DNA of 32,000 nucleotides from Paramicrosporidium saccamoebae KSL3 (taxonomy: Eukaryota > Fungi > Cryptomycota), in contig MTSL01000200.1 in the NCBI GenBank assembly GCA_002794465.1, forward strand, positions 1 through 32,000. Reading direction: 5' to 3'. The notes under the pieces are model-generated. The model saw only the letters and a list, made by a program, of their open reading frames with translations. It did not search any database and was not told the origin of the DNA. The translations under genes and the position numbers were made by a program. Shown piece after piece: positions 8,242 to 19,648 of the stretch. Position 1 is the stretch's first letter; every line of letters begins with the position of its first letter.

Positions 8242-9471
8242 CTAAGCAGATCGTTGAGAACGAAACGAAGCTGCCAGTTCCCTACACGCTCTATAGTCCT
8301 CATCATTAATATCGGGTATCGGCGCCCGCATGCTCCGTGGAGATGTTGTCCGTTGAAGCAAGGGCTCCGTGTCCGAAGGCACCGGTGACATGGTTTGGAA
8401 GGCTGAGCTGTTCCAAGTCTCCTCGGTGGAACTGCCATCATTTCCGGGCAGGATTGGGATTATGACCGGAGGAGGATAATTTGTCACGGCCTGTTCATTC
8501 GGACAAGAATCTTGCTTGCAAATGGGACAGGTGCGTTTCCTAGTTAGCAGCCATGGGTCAATGCATTCAATATGGAATTCGTGTTTGCACGGAAGTTTTC
8601 TGAGATCGTCGCCGTCTTCAAAGTCATCCAGACAGATGGCACAGACATCAGGATCATTTTCGCTCATTTGAGAAAGTAGAAAGGACTTTGTTGGTAGATT
8701 GTGGACGACATGGTAGGGTGCTGGGGTGTCTAAGGGACTTGTACGAAAAGCTTCATCTCCCCAATCTCCATCTGTCATCCTGCACCGCCATAGAATGTAC
8801 AAAAATAATCCCAATAGAGCGGGAATAACTAGGATTGTGGCTAGCATATCAAGGATAGGCCAATCGCTGAACTCGTCGGGGAAGATTCTGACAGCGAGGG
8901 CAGGTATGTTCTCGAATTTGTTCGTCGTATCCAGAGTATTCTTTGGCCACCCGAGAGCATCAAAACTGTGATACTGGAAGTAGGACGCTAGTCTTTCCAT
9001 TGCCTGGTATTTTAGATCTCGATACTCCCATTGCATGATGAACGCAGAGGAGATTACAATGTCCGAGGTGTCGTTGGGTCCAAACATTTTGATCAGACCG
9101 CCCTTTGTATTGTCTCCAACTATCACGGCACTGGCTCCGCTACTCTGCATTGCCCTCACTTTGTCGGTAAATGTGCATTTTCCACGCTCCACCAAGGCGA
9201 TCCATGGTAGCGGGGGTGCGTTCTTGCCATGTGCCTTTAGTAATGCCTGGAAAAAGGTTGATTTTTCAAAGTCGGCTTGCTTCAGAGGTTCGCAGCCCCA
9301 CTGGTCGTCGCCACGGAGGAACTCGACCGGTACGAGGTAGCCGCTCATCCCGGCGACGGGAAAGAGGGGCCCGAAGTTGGCAGTGCGGTCGGGGTAGTGC
9401 TCTTCAGTGGAGATGACCTCGATGACTGCAGTGACGAGGGGGAGAGCAGCAAGAAATTTAACCGGCTGCAT
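8242..9471 (-). CDS. PA-domain, transmembrane, RING-H2 E3 ubiquitin ligase (RNF13/RNF167/RMR-like), 409 aa
   Basis: Signal-like N-terminus, PA domain (IALVERGKCTFTDKVRAMQSSGASAVIVGDN), TM helix, RING-H2 CAICLDDF...LPCKHEFH..CIDPWL...TCPICK. Confidence 0.9.
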   Translation of the reverse strand: MQPVKFLAALPLVTAVIEVISTEEHYPDRTANFGPLFPVAGMSGYLVPVEFLRGDDQWGCEPLKQADFEKSTFFQALLKAHGKNAPPLPWIALVERGKCTFTDKVRAMQSSGASAVIVGDNTKGGLIKMFGPNDTSDIVISSAFIMQWEYRDLKYQAMERLASYFQYHSFDALGWPKNTLDTTNKFENIPALAVRIFPDEFSDWPILDMLATILVIPALLGLFLYILWRCRMTDGDWGDEAFRTSPLDTPAPYHVVHNLPTKSFLLSQMSENDPDVCAICLDDFEDGDDLRKLPCKHEFHIECIDPWLLTRKRTCPICKQDSCPNEQAVTNYPPPVIIPILPGNDGSSTEETWNSSAFQTMSPVPSDTEPLLQRTTSPRSMRAPIPDINDEDYRACRELAASFRSQRSA

Positions 9472-9653
9472 TTGGGGGGCGGGGGAGGCCCAATGCTGGT
9501 ATCAAGGGTTATGCGGAGCAACCGTCTGCGCCTATTTAGACAACAATCGAAGCGGAAGTCTTATTGGCCAGTGTCTTGCGGTCAGTATCTAATTCAGCCA
9601 ATCAAGTTTTCCTTGGGATACATTATTTTTATATTAAAGTTACTATTACGGGA

Positions 9654-12600
9654 TCACAGCTGTACATGATCACTTTCGCCAGTAGCCCGATTCCGTCCAG
9701 ACCTTCGGATGCGCTTCGTAGCAGCCTCCTGTATGACTGACTCATTCGTCGAGTCTTTATTCTCTAGAGTTTGGCATTCCTCTAACTCGCTCATTACCAT
9801 AGGTGCGCTCTTGTTTGTAGATTGATTCGCGTTCAACTCGCTATTTATGCCGTGCTTCATGCTTGGCTCATTGTTTACGAATTGGCTCTTTAACTCGTTC
9901 TTCGTGTGCTGATTGTCCTTTAGCGCGTCCAGTCTCATAGATTCGTCACTTTTCCTATTCTTCTCAATGGCTCGAACCAGATATGAGCGGTGCACATTTT
10001 TCCCTACGTCTTCAATGGTGCTTAATTCTTGCAACAAATCATCTGTAAGACTAATTGGCGTCTTGATTGACTGAAGCAGCCATTTGTGCGACGTCGCCGA
10101 GGCTCGGAGAGAGTTCTGGGAAAGCTCGCTGAGGACATACAAATGCTTATTTCGCGCCGCATACTCTCCGACAAATTCATATCGCTTGAGCTGTACGGCC
10201 GAATCAAACAAATAAGAGACATTCAACTCGTTGGCCACAATCTCAGTCAGCAGATCAACTAGTGTGGTATACTTTGCAAGCTGCATATCGTCAAGTGCCT
10301 CTTCAGAAGGATTCAGGGCCGAAATAATAAGAGTTACAATGAACCAATCCTCATATCTCCGGAGCGACCGAGAAGTTATTTCGACAGATCTATCATCGTG
10401 AGGGATGATGGAATCGGCCCAGCGATCAGCTTTTTTAATGGCTACCAGAGTGTCCTTTATAGCAGAACGCCCTTCTACTTCCAGTAAGGGAATCGAAAGA
10501 TAAATCATGCCAATGTGGCCCAACTGATACTGCCGTGTGATAAATGCAGTTAAGCGGTCCCTCACCATTGAAGGGCAGCCAGAAATAAACGTCAGCAAAG
10601 TGTGCAAGTTGGTGACGACTGTGGTAGCAGTAGGACGTGGTACAAACCCTACCAGTGCCTTTGAGATTGCATATTGTACTCGCGGCGACTGTACCACCGA
10701 TAGCCACTCTACAAATAATGGAGCAAACAAGCGGAGCTGTTCCATTTCACGATTCTGATCAACATTTCGAAGCGAAGTAAGCAGATTCCTAATGCACCTC
10801 ACAGCCAACACTGCGCAAATTTCTGTGAAAGTATAATTATCCAGAGCCAATCCAACTCGTTTGATCGGCCACGCTTCTGCCGACGTCGACAGTGGGCCCA
10901 TGAGGGCAAGAGTCTTTTCCTTGATTGTAAGCAGCTCCGAAGGCCCTAGAATTGCTGGCTGAGTTGCCAATTCCACCAGTATTTGCCACGATCGGGCATT
11001 ATCAAGACTGATATTCTCCAGAATGTTTGAGAGAACGGGCCACTTGCTCTTGAATGCTAAAAGAATACGGGTGGCGTACTTGGCCTGCTGCCGAGTGCCA
11101 GTGTTAACGAGCGTGATGATAAATTCGAAAAAGTCGTCTCTCGGGGTAATCTTATCCAGGCAGGCCGACGCAAATCTTGCATAGGAAGACAGAGTATCAA
11201 TGGAGGATCCCGATTCACTAACAATAGCGTCCTGAAGGACACTGGCGTGACTAACACCGAGTGCGGGAAACTCTGAAATAATGTCGGCAATCAGTTTTCT
11301 AGCACTGGAATAGAGTTCCTTGTCACTCAACTTTAGTACTGCAGTTAGAATCTCGTTGTTGATGGACAGCATACAAGCACGCCTAACAGTAAATGTGATC
11401 AGATATTCCTTCAGGCGAGCATCAGTCTTTTCCCAGTTTCGACTGGACAGAGTTTCCACCAAGTCCTTTTGAGATTTAATAGACTTGTTCGGCTGAACCA
11501 GATGGCGAAATTGCTCCAAGAATAAAGTCTCCTTGGTCAAGGTTATAGGAAGGGCTTTAAGCATGCTTTGGGCGGGCAGAGGGAGACGATATTGATTCGA
11601 AAGATGCTGATTCAGAGCCTCAAGCCTCTGGTCCTCGGGATTGATTTCAACTAATTTCAGGTATGCGTCGAAATACTTGACAAAGATGGCCTTGTCATTT
11701 AGCCATCTCTTGAAAGCTTTGTGTGCTTCGTCACCCAGGACGCGATACATGCAAACCAGATATCGCGCATGCTCGGCCACATCGAGCTTGGGGAACATGG
11801 CGCCGTGCTCGATAAAGTATTCATAGAACAAACGGAGGTCTCTGTCATTGGTATAGATAAGCTTAAATAGGGCATTAACGGCCACAGAAAAGCATTGATG
11901 ATTAGGGTCCACTTTGAATTGGCGGTGAATAATTTCGCAAAGCAGATCAACAGCCACAAACTGGACATCGGCGACCTTGTCGCGACATCGACCGCCCACC
12001 TCCTCGACAATATCCACTCCAAAAAGCGCAGGAGTACTGGTGTCTTCGAGACTCTTTTTGAGGAGCACTATGGATTTTTCTCTCACTTTGGCGTCAATGT
12101 CCAGCAATTTTTCCGCTAGGGCTTTCTGGAGTTGAATTTTGTATTGCAATCCTACTCCATGGAGCATGCTAACAGCCAACTTGAACCATTGAAGACGGAC
12201 AGCAGCCACTTTGTCATTCATCTTGTTCAGCCACGACTGCCATAAATGGGGGTAAAGCTTGGGTACATCTTGATCGGGACAAGTAAGAAACGATGACAAT
12301 GAGTTCATCGCCAGCAATCGCAGCTCTGCATCTGCTGTCTGTAGTTCTTCCTCCAGCTGCGCAACAACACTGGCAACCGCAGCAGGCGACACTCTTCCGA
12401 CCTGAATAATCTGTAAATGAACCTGCCTCAGAGGCTCGATGCGTTTCTGCTGGTCGTTAGAATCTCCCGTATATGCCAGTACGGCCTCGTTGAATAAAAG
12501 CCCCAGGGAGGGCTGTAACTTGTCAGAGCAAAGACGCACCAGGTCGGCCGCAAATATCCGAGTCTCTTCTCGAATATCGCCACACTTTTGCATGACACAT

Positions 12601-13204
12601 CTGACGATATCGGAAGAGATTGTATCAGACTCGTCGATCAAGGTTTGAGCTATTTCCAAAAGATACAATTTTGCCGTCCGTGTGACATTTGGAAGGGGCG
12701 CAAGATCAAAGATGAGGCCAAATAGTTGCTGCAAGAGCCGCTCCCTCGCCCCCATAGAGTCGTCGACATCGAGTAAAAGAACAATAGACTTGACTGTTGC
12801 CAAGCTCTCCACTAAATAAAATACATAGTTTTGATATGCATTCTTCTCGTCCGCCAGCAGTTTTAGCTGTTGTACAATCAAGGTGAAAACTTGCTATAAT
12901 ACAATCAAAACTAACTTTAGGCCGATACCGTCAGTTTGTCGGCGGGATATGGAGCATCTGGTGCAAAGACTCGGAGAATGTTGGCTATACAGCAGGATAC
13001 TAGCAGCTTGATAGTCTTGTCGGCGCTATTAAGCAGCTCCGAATGCACCAGCCTCTCTGCTACCGGCACCAGCTCATCTTGCAGCATTTCAAATTGGCTC
13101 TGGTCCACCTTGCAGAGGGAATCATGTAGTGTCTTGAGTTCTTCAACGACCTGGCTGATATTGCTACTGCGAACCCGTGTTGGTACAGTGAATCTGGCCG
13201 TCAT
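9654..13204 (-). CDS. PDS5: Sister chromatid cohesion protein Pds5 (HEAT repeats), about 1171 aa; exons 12929-13204, 9654-12893
   Basis: N-terminal SCCIANILRVFAPDAPY and YLVESLATVKSIVLL segments typical of Pds5. A 35-nt intron (12894-12928) joins the two ORFs in frame. Basic C-terminal tail. Confidence 0.85.
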
Positions 13205-13249
13205 TCTGTTAATCGCCCGCGTGAAATATTGAATTATTATTTAGTTTAT

Positions 13250-14482
13250 TTACGGAGCCTCTTGTGATGCGAGACGACGAAGACGGGCACTAGTTTCTTG
13301 CAGAGCCAAAAGACGATTTCTCAACTCTTCGGGAACGCCTTTGTCAATATCTGTCGTGAGTGGGGCGCTGAAGCTGGGAGCTGATGAATCCAGCTTTGGA
13401 GAATTGTCCATCAGCGAATCTACCCTAGATGGGTCTGCTCTCAGCAAATCGCTTCTTGGTGAATAAGACTCGTCACTGGACAAGGTAAGAGGACTGACTA
13501 TAATGTTGGAATCTGGAATCTGCTGCGCCTTGTTCAGCTTCAAGGCATCAAGAGAAGGAAGAGCTGTGGTTTGGCTTTTTAACTTTTGCTTTAACAGTTG
13601 AATCTTTTCATCTTTTCGTTGCAATTCGGCTCGGAATGACTCTTCTTGATCAATGATTGCCATGGCCTTTTTGAGGGCCGTCTTGGCATTGCTGCGCTCC
13701 GTTTCAAGGGAGGCCAGCCTCAACTGCAATTCTTCGTCCATGGTAAGTTCGTTTTTCTTTGACGCGCGACTTTTCACTTCTTCCTTAAGCCGGTAAACAT
13801 CCTGCACCAAACAAGCCCGGTCGGTGGACATTTTCCGCATCTCAGTGCGAGATTCTTCCAGCCGGCGAGCCAGATCGTTGTTTAACGTCTGCTGTCTAGA
13901 GCGTTCCTCCAGAAGTTGCTGGATTTGGTGATCCTGCACGGGTGATGCAGTCTTTCCGGCCTTGTCAATCGTCTCTTTGGCAGAGTCCAATTCGGTCTTG
14001 AGTGATTTTACCTGTGCTTCTAAGCCTTTTATACGAACCTGGTGCTTGTTTGCTTCTTCGGCAATTAATCCGCGAAGTCTTTTACACTCATCCTCCAACT
14101 CGACTCGCTTTGCAGACAACTCTCCATATTCTTGCGTCTTTTTGGCGAGTTGGCCCTCAAAGGTCTGACATTTGGATCGTAACAGACTCATCTGACTGTA
14201 AATTTTTCCGTGCTCTCCCTCATATTTTTCCTTCTCATTCCTCAGCGCACGACACTCTTCCTCACGTGCTGCGAGTTGTTCCCGGATGTTCCGCAAGTCC
14301 GTCTTGGCCAGCGACAATCTGCCGAGCATGTCAGTGGGACTATCAGGTTGACGGGCGACAGGCTCAGCAACGAGGGGAGAAAGATTCCAACGGACCGATT
14401 TGGCGGGCGGCTTACGACGAGAACTTGCAATGGGGGTAGAACCATCGGTGGATTTGGCGCGCGCCGTTCCTTCAATGTACAT
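13250..14482 (-). CDS. Uncharacterised coiled-coil protein, about 410 aa, with N-terminal KSVRW (RVxF-type) motif
   Basis: Long open frame rich in E/K/L/R heptads (about residues 50-305), Ser-rich linker and a C-terminal helix. No family recognised. First ATG at 14482. Confidence 0.72.
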   Translation of the reverse strand: MYIEGTARAKSTDGSTPIASSRRKPPAKSVRWNLSPLVAEPVARQPDSPTDMLGRLSLAKTDLRNIREQLAAREEECRALRNEKEKYEGEHGKIYSQMSLLRSKCQTFEGQLAKKTQEYGELSAKRVELEDECKRLRGLIAEEANKHQVRIKGLEAQVKSLKTELDSAKETIDKAGKTASPVQDHQIQQLLEERSRQQTLNNDLARRLEESRTEMRKMSTDRACLVQDVYRLKEEVKSRASKKNELTMDEELQLRLASLETERSNAKTALKKAMAIIDQEESFRAELQRKDEKIQLLKQKLKSQTTALPSLDALKLNKAQQIPDSNIIVSPLTLSSDESYSPRSDLLRADPSRVDSLMDNSPKLDSSAPSFSAPLTTDIDKGVPEELRNRLLALQETSARLRRLASQEAP

Positions 14483-14709
14483 CAATCAAAAATAATTCAT
14501 TTTCGTAAGATTTAGTTTCAATCTATGGGTTGTGTAAATCATGTGTAGATGGGATGGGTTATGTAGATTGTGTAGGGAGAGAGAGTGTGTTGGGGTTGAT
14601 GAGCAAATTATTTCGTTGTGGCATGTAAATTACCACCCTCAACACACCGGCTTGGGGGATCGCTATCTGGATCAGACTCACTGTTAACAAATGGATACTG
14701 TTTAGCAGC

Positions 14710-14771
14710 GTGGATGTGATCTCACTAAAAATAGCATTGAATGCTGTGTGGATGTGATTCCGCTAAAAATA
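14710..14771 (+). repeat. Direct repeat, 2 x 24 bp (21/24 identical, period 38), each ending in a MEF2/Rlm1-like box
   Basis: GTGGATGTGATctcaCTAAAAATA(G) at 14710 and GTGGATGTGATtccgCTAAAAATA(T) at 14748. Confidence 0.7.
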
Positions 14772-14825
14772 TCTTTTTAATGGTTACATTTAAGGATACC
14801 TTGCCGGGGAAGGACGCTTGGGCAC

Positions 14826-16027
14826 ATGGCTGAAGCTAACCGCGACGAGGCAGCCAGGTGCGAAGAACTTTCGCGTCGGTTCTTTGACCAGAAAGAATAC
14901 ACACTTGCTGCAAAGTATGCAGAAAAGTCGGTGCGACTTTACGAAACGGCACAATCGCTGGCTTGGCTATCTACAGTGAGGCAGACGTTGTCTGAACCAG
15001 CCCCACCTCGGCCGGCAGAGTCAAAGAGTCCTCAAGATTCCAAAAGTGCCTCACATGCACAGACTCCTCAAAAGACCAAGCCACTCGATTCCAACACTTA
15101 CACAAAGGAGCAGGCTGAGGGGGTAAAACGCTTTTTGCGAATCAATAAGGATGATTTTTATTCCGTCCTTGGCATTCCTCGAACTGCTGACGAGAACGAA
15201 ATCAAGAAAGCTTATCGAAAGGTACAGCATTATTCTCCATATTCTCACAACCGTAGATGGCCTTGCAGTTTCATCCCGACAAGAACCATGCTCCCGGTGC
15301 GGATGAGGCGTTCAAGGTGGTCAGTCGTGCATTCTCATGTCTCAGTGACACGAGCAAAAAGACCCAGTATGACCAATTTGGCTCTGAAGAACCTGCGGGC
15401 TTTAGTGGAGTCCGTTTCCGGAGGACTGCTCGCCCCATGAACTTTGAGGGCGAAATTTCCCCTGAAGAGCTCTTTAACATGTTTTTTAATGGTGGCTTTG
15501 AGGGAGCGCACTTTCAGTCTAGTGGATTTCCACCCATGTTTGTACACCATTTCCACTCTGGTGGTCAACGAGCGAGGAGGAGACAGAAACATCAGGAGCA
15601 ACCCCTTTCGTGGATCGCCATTGCCCTGCAGATAATACCCGTGGCAATTGTTGGACTTTTTCTATTTTTGGGCAGCTTTCTGGGCACGTCGAATGCATCC
15701 ACAGACACCTGGGATGCCTACTCTCGATACATTTCACTGAGTAGAACATCAAGTCACACCCACCAGATGGCCACTGAAAAGAATGCCGTCCCATACTGGG
15801 CCACGACCGATTACCAGAAATATTTTTCGCGTGGAAATCAAAGGGAGCTGCGTGTGTATGAAGAGGCTGTTGAGCGCCAGTATCTGGTAGAAATACAGAA
15901 AAAGTGCCAAGAAGAAGAGCTGGATTTGCAAAAGAGAAAGGTAAATGCCAAAACCCGCGAAGAGCTGGAACGATTGCAAATGGAAAAATGTCCTTCCTGT
16001 GACAAGCTTCATTCATATTCTGTATAA
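14826..16027 (+). CDS. ER membrane J-domain co-chaperone (DNAJB12/14, Hlj1-like), 388 aa; exons 14826-15221, 15257-16027
   Basis: N-terminal NRDEAARC helix, J domain split by a 35-nt intron (KKAYRK|MALQFHPDKN), G/F-rich region, one TM helix, C-terminal DUF1977-like region. Confidence 0.9.
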
Positions 16028-16123
16028 ACGTTCATTGAGAACCCATTCTAGGTGTGGTTCAAGTGCAAATGCTAATGGTATTGTAAGCGCGAGTAGACTT
16101 GTTATTTGTGTTGAAAGTGCAAG

Positions 16124-16218
16124 AGTCATGGCTCAACCACAAAAGTCATGGCTCAACCACAAGTCATGGCCCGACCACCAAAGTCATTGCCCAGCCGCAA
16201 GATTCATGACCTGGTCAT
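16124..16218 (+). repeat. Degenerate tandem repeat, about 5 units of 18-20 bp (consensus AAGTCATGGCYCRACCAC)
   Basis: Units start at 16124, 16144, 16162, 16182 and 16202; intergenic between the DnaJ gene and PAB1. Confidence 0.8.
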
Positions 16219-16475
16219 ACGAGTCAACACACTTCTGATTCCAATAACAACCAATCTATCAACAACACAGCCACGACTGGTGCCAAACTGAATTAAAGTG
16301 TTTGATCAAATGTCATATGAGATGGACTGACCAATAGAATCCGAGTATATAATTCCGGGGTTGGAGGGAATAAAAGTAGCAGTCTGACCCCCTGACTTGT
16401 CCGCCGCATCCGTCGTCGTTGTCCCGTTGAGCGCCCTTCTCTCCCGTTTAGAGTACGCCCACCGGCCACCACCTC

Positions 16476-16516
16476 AAAAAATTGAAAAAACACTAGAAAA
16501 AAGCGAAAACTTACAA
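16476..16516 (+). promoter_or_regulatory. A-rich 5' leader of PAB1 (candidate autoregulatory element)
   Basis: Three A6 runs and one A4 run (27 of 41 nt are A) directly before the ATG at 16517. Confidence 0.6.
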
Positions 16517-18418
16517 ATGTCGACTTCTACTTCTACTGCCGCTGCTCCGGCGCCCGCCGCTGCAACTGCCCCTGTTGCAAATGGTCCCGTTGCGAATGGA
16601 GCTGCAGCACCGGTTAACCCAGCAGGAAATGCTGGATTTTATGCACAGGCAGCACCGAGTGCGTCGCTCTATGTGGGTGAGCTGCACCCTGACGTGACGG
16701 AGGCGATGCTCTACGAGCTGTTCTCGCAGGTGGGACCGGTTTCTTCCATCCGGGTGTGTCGTGACGCCATTACCCGTCGTTCTCTTGGCTATGCGTATGT
16801 GAACTTTCACAATGTTGCTGACTGCGAACGCGCCTTGGACTCGCTGAACTATGCGCCCATTAAGGGACAGCCATGCCGTGTCATGTGGAGCCAGCGCGAC
16901 CCCGCCCTGCGTCGTTCAGGTGTCGGCAACATTTTCATCAAGAACCTTGACAAGACAATTGACAACAAGGCGCTCCATGACACCTTTTCTGCGTTTGGAC
17001 ATATTCTGTCCTGCAAGGTGGTCACTGATCTGGAAGGCAATTCCCGTGGATATGGCTACGTCCATTTTGAGACCAACGAGGCTGCCGAACAGGCCATTGC
17101 CAAGATCAACGGAATGTTGTTGAACGGTGTCAAAGTGTTTGTGGGTCACCATGTTTCCCGCAAGGAACGTCGTTCTCGTCTTGATGAGCTGAAGGCGCAA
17201 TTCACCAATGTGTTCGTCAAGAACTTGGAGGAGAGCTGCACTGATGACGACCTGAAGGAGCTCTTCAAGACTTATGGAGAGATCCAAAGCGCCGTTGTCC
17301 AACGCGACGAGGGGGAAAAGACTAAGGGCTTTGGCTTTGTCAACTTTACCACCCACGAGGAGGCGCAAAAGGCTGTTGATGGACTGAATGAGACTGAATT
17401 CCAGGGACGTCGTATCTTTGTAGGACGCGCCCAGAAGAGATCTGAACGCTCTGAGGAGCTCCGTCTGCAGTTTGAAGCAATGAAGCTGGAGCGTATGAGC
17501 AAGTTCCACGGAGTCAACTTGTACGTCAAGAACTTGGACGAGCAAGTGACTGAGGAGCAACTTCGCATGGAGTTTACTCCCTTTGGACAGATCACCAGTC
17601 TCAAGGTAATGTCGGACGAGAAGGGACTATCGCGTGGCTTTGGATTTGTCTGCTACTCTGCCCCTGAAGAGGCTGCCCGTGCCATCAGCGAAATGAACGG
17701 CCGTATGATTAACGGAAAGCCGCTCTATGTCGCTCTTGCTCAGCGTCGTGACGAACGACGGGCGCAATTGGAGAATCAGTTTGCTCAGCGTGCCCAGCAG
17801 ATGCGCATGCAAGCAATGGCTGCTCAGACCGGAATGGGAATCTACCAGCAAGGACCGCTGTTCTATCCCCCTGGTCCTGGTGCTCCTCCCCGTTTCTTTG
17901 GTGTGAATCGCGGTGGTGCTCCCGGCGGTGCCTATCCTCCGGCGCCGCAGATGATGCAACCCGGTCAGATGATGCCGCCTCAGGGCTATCCTCCCCACGG
18001 AATGATGCGTCCCAACCGTCCCATGCGCGGCGGATATCGTGGTGGTGCTCCCATGAACAATGGTTTCCACGGCCCTCAACAGGGTGGATTCCGTCGTCCT
18101 TACGGTGGTCCCTCTCAGCCTCGTTATGCCAACCGTGCTCCCCGCACTGACTATGGCGCCTTTGGTCCCGGTGCTCCCCTCACTGCTGCCTCTCTGGCCG
18201 CAGCGCCCCCTGAGCAGCAGAAGCGCATCCTTGGAGAGCGCCTCTATCCCTTAGTGCATCTCCGCGACGGAGAACACGCCAGCAAGATTACCGGAATGTT
18301 GTTGGAGATGGATAATGGTGAATTGTTGCATCTGTTGGAGTCTCCCGATGCGTTGGCTGCCAAAATTTCGGAGGCGCAGGATGTACTCCGTCAGCACCAA
18401 GTTGCGTCGCAGCACTAA
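16517..18418 (+). CDS. PAB1: Cytoplasmic poly(A)-binding protein, 633 aa, intronless
   Basis: Four RRMs (ASLYVGELHPDVTEAML, SLGYAYVNF, GNIFIKNLD, NVFVKNL, NLYVKNLD), Pro/Gly/Met linker and MLLE domain (KRILGERLYP...KITGMLLEMD). ATG at 16517; the ORF-track extension is a GTG start. Confidence 0.97.
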   Translation: MSTSTSTAAAPAPAAATAPVANGPVANGAAAPVNPAGNAGFYAQAAPSASLYVGELHPDVTEAMLYELFSQVGPVSSIRVCRDAITRRSLGYAYVNFHNVADCERALDSLNYAPIKGQPCRVMWSQRDPALRRSGVGNIFIKNLDKTIDNKALHDTFSAFGHILSCKVVTDLEGNSRGYGYVHFETNEAAEQAIAKINGMLLNGVKVFVGHHVSRKERRSRLDELKAQFTNVFVKNLEESCTDDDLKELFKTYGEIQSAVVQRDEGEKTKGFGFVNFTTHEEAQKAVDGLNETEFQGRRIFVGRAQKRSERSEELRLQFEAMKLERMSKFHGVNLYVKNLDEQVTEEQLRMEFTPFGQITSLKVMSDEKGLSRGFGFVCYSAPEEAARAISEMNGRMINGKPLYVALAQRRDERRAQLENQFAQRAQQMRMQAMAAQTGMGIYQQGPLFYPPGPGAPPRFFGVNRGGAPGGAYPPAPQMMQPGQMMPPQGYPPHGMMRPNRPMRGGYRGGAPMNNGFHGPQQGGFRRPYGGPSQPRYANRAPRTDYGAFGPGAPLTAASLAAAPPEQQKRILGERLYPLVHLRDGEHASKITGMLLEMDNGELLHLLESPDALAAKISEAQDVLRQHQVASQH

Positions 18419-18724
18419 GCAAAGAGGAAGAGGACAAGGAGAAGAAGAAGGAGAAGAAGAAGAAGACGATGATAAAGATACAAGGTGGTAAAATCAAATA
18501 ATAAACGGCTGGACATTAATAGCGGGGACTTGGTAAAGAAGACTGGTAATCTGTAGTAGTAAAAGTCTCGCTGGGATTTTGATATGAGATTGGGGATGTG
18601 CTATACAATTTAATGCACGGTAGGTCATTTATTGAGATTTGCTCCACAATCCTCTCACAGTCGGTCATACATTTATAATATGCACAATTTTGTTAAGCGG
18701 AAACGAACAATTTGAATTTACAAG

Positions 18725-19648
18725 ATGCTTTCAGTGTTTCGTACTCCATTGTCAGTTAGGATAGGTGGGAGGGGACTTTGCTTTCCTCGACTGTATCAAT
18801 GCAATCGAGAGTATAGTACGGGGTATGGTGGCAAGAAGCCAATTTCCTTGTCAAATCTCCGTTCTTTGCCGGGTTCCACCCGCAAGGTGTCTTTTTCCGA
18901 CTGTCCTCATATGATAGAAAAAACGGTGTCGTGGATTGGCATCGGGTGGCCGTACTAACGGACGCGGAAACAATGGACAGAATGCACGTTCGGGCGGGCA
19001 TTTGCCCCACGGCTTTGAGGGTGGTCAGACCCCCTTTCATCTGACTGTACCAAAGCGTGGCCATCACAACCCGTATCAGCAACACCCCACCTTGGTCAAT
19101 CTGGAGAGGGTGCAGCATCTAATTGACACTGGTCGCCTGGATGCAGAGAAGCCAATTACAATGTTCCACCTGCGCAAGGCCGGAATCGATATCAAGGACG
19201 GTGTCAAAATCCTTGGCAGGGTATTACAAACCGATTACATTGATTGTAGGGAGCAACGTATTTTCAGAGTAAAGTGACTCTTCAGGCAACAATGTTCAGT
19301 CAATGTGCCATTGAACGGATCGAAGCATTGGGCGGCGTTGCGGCCAGTGTCTTTCATGATCGAAAAGGCCTACTGCAACTTCTCCGTCCCTCCACCTCCC
19401 GGGTGCATCCCTCGCTTCCACAGCCTCTCATTATGCCTCCCATGAATTACAAACAGCGACTCGAGTTTTCCGGCTGGGAACGACGTGGCTATCTCCATCC
19501 CACGGTGAGAGCGCGATTAGGCCTAGTGGACCCAACCTTTGAGGAGCGCTACTTGATGGTGGAGCCGGTGCAGCCACTAAATAAGCCAGACATTCAGCTC
19601 AGGAGGATTCCGACCGAACTTCGCGAGGAAGGAGTATTGCCGGCATAA
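18725..19648 (+). CDS. MRPL10: Mitochondrial ribosomal protein uL15m, 287 aa; exons 18725-18886, 18918-19220, 19250-19648
   Basis: Presequence-like N-terminus, LSNLR..PGS.RK|KKR.RGLASG...GRGNNGQNARSG, GFEGGQTP, VKILGR|GA, FS..AI.RIEALGG. Introns of 31 and 29 nt. Confidence 0.87.

Noticed and set aside
14585-14647. Inverted repeat GTGTGTTGGGG/CCCTCAACACAC enclosing TGATGA
   Set aside because: No D box, and it lies in low-complexity GT-rich DNA; insufficient for a snoRNA call.
16124-16218. CRISPR-like array
   Set aside because: No unique spacers, eukaryotic context and no cas genes.
16511-18079. Several long antisense ORFs over PAB1
   Set aside because: Same codon-bias shadow effect.
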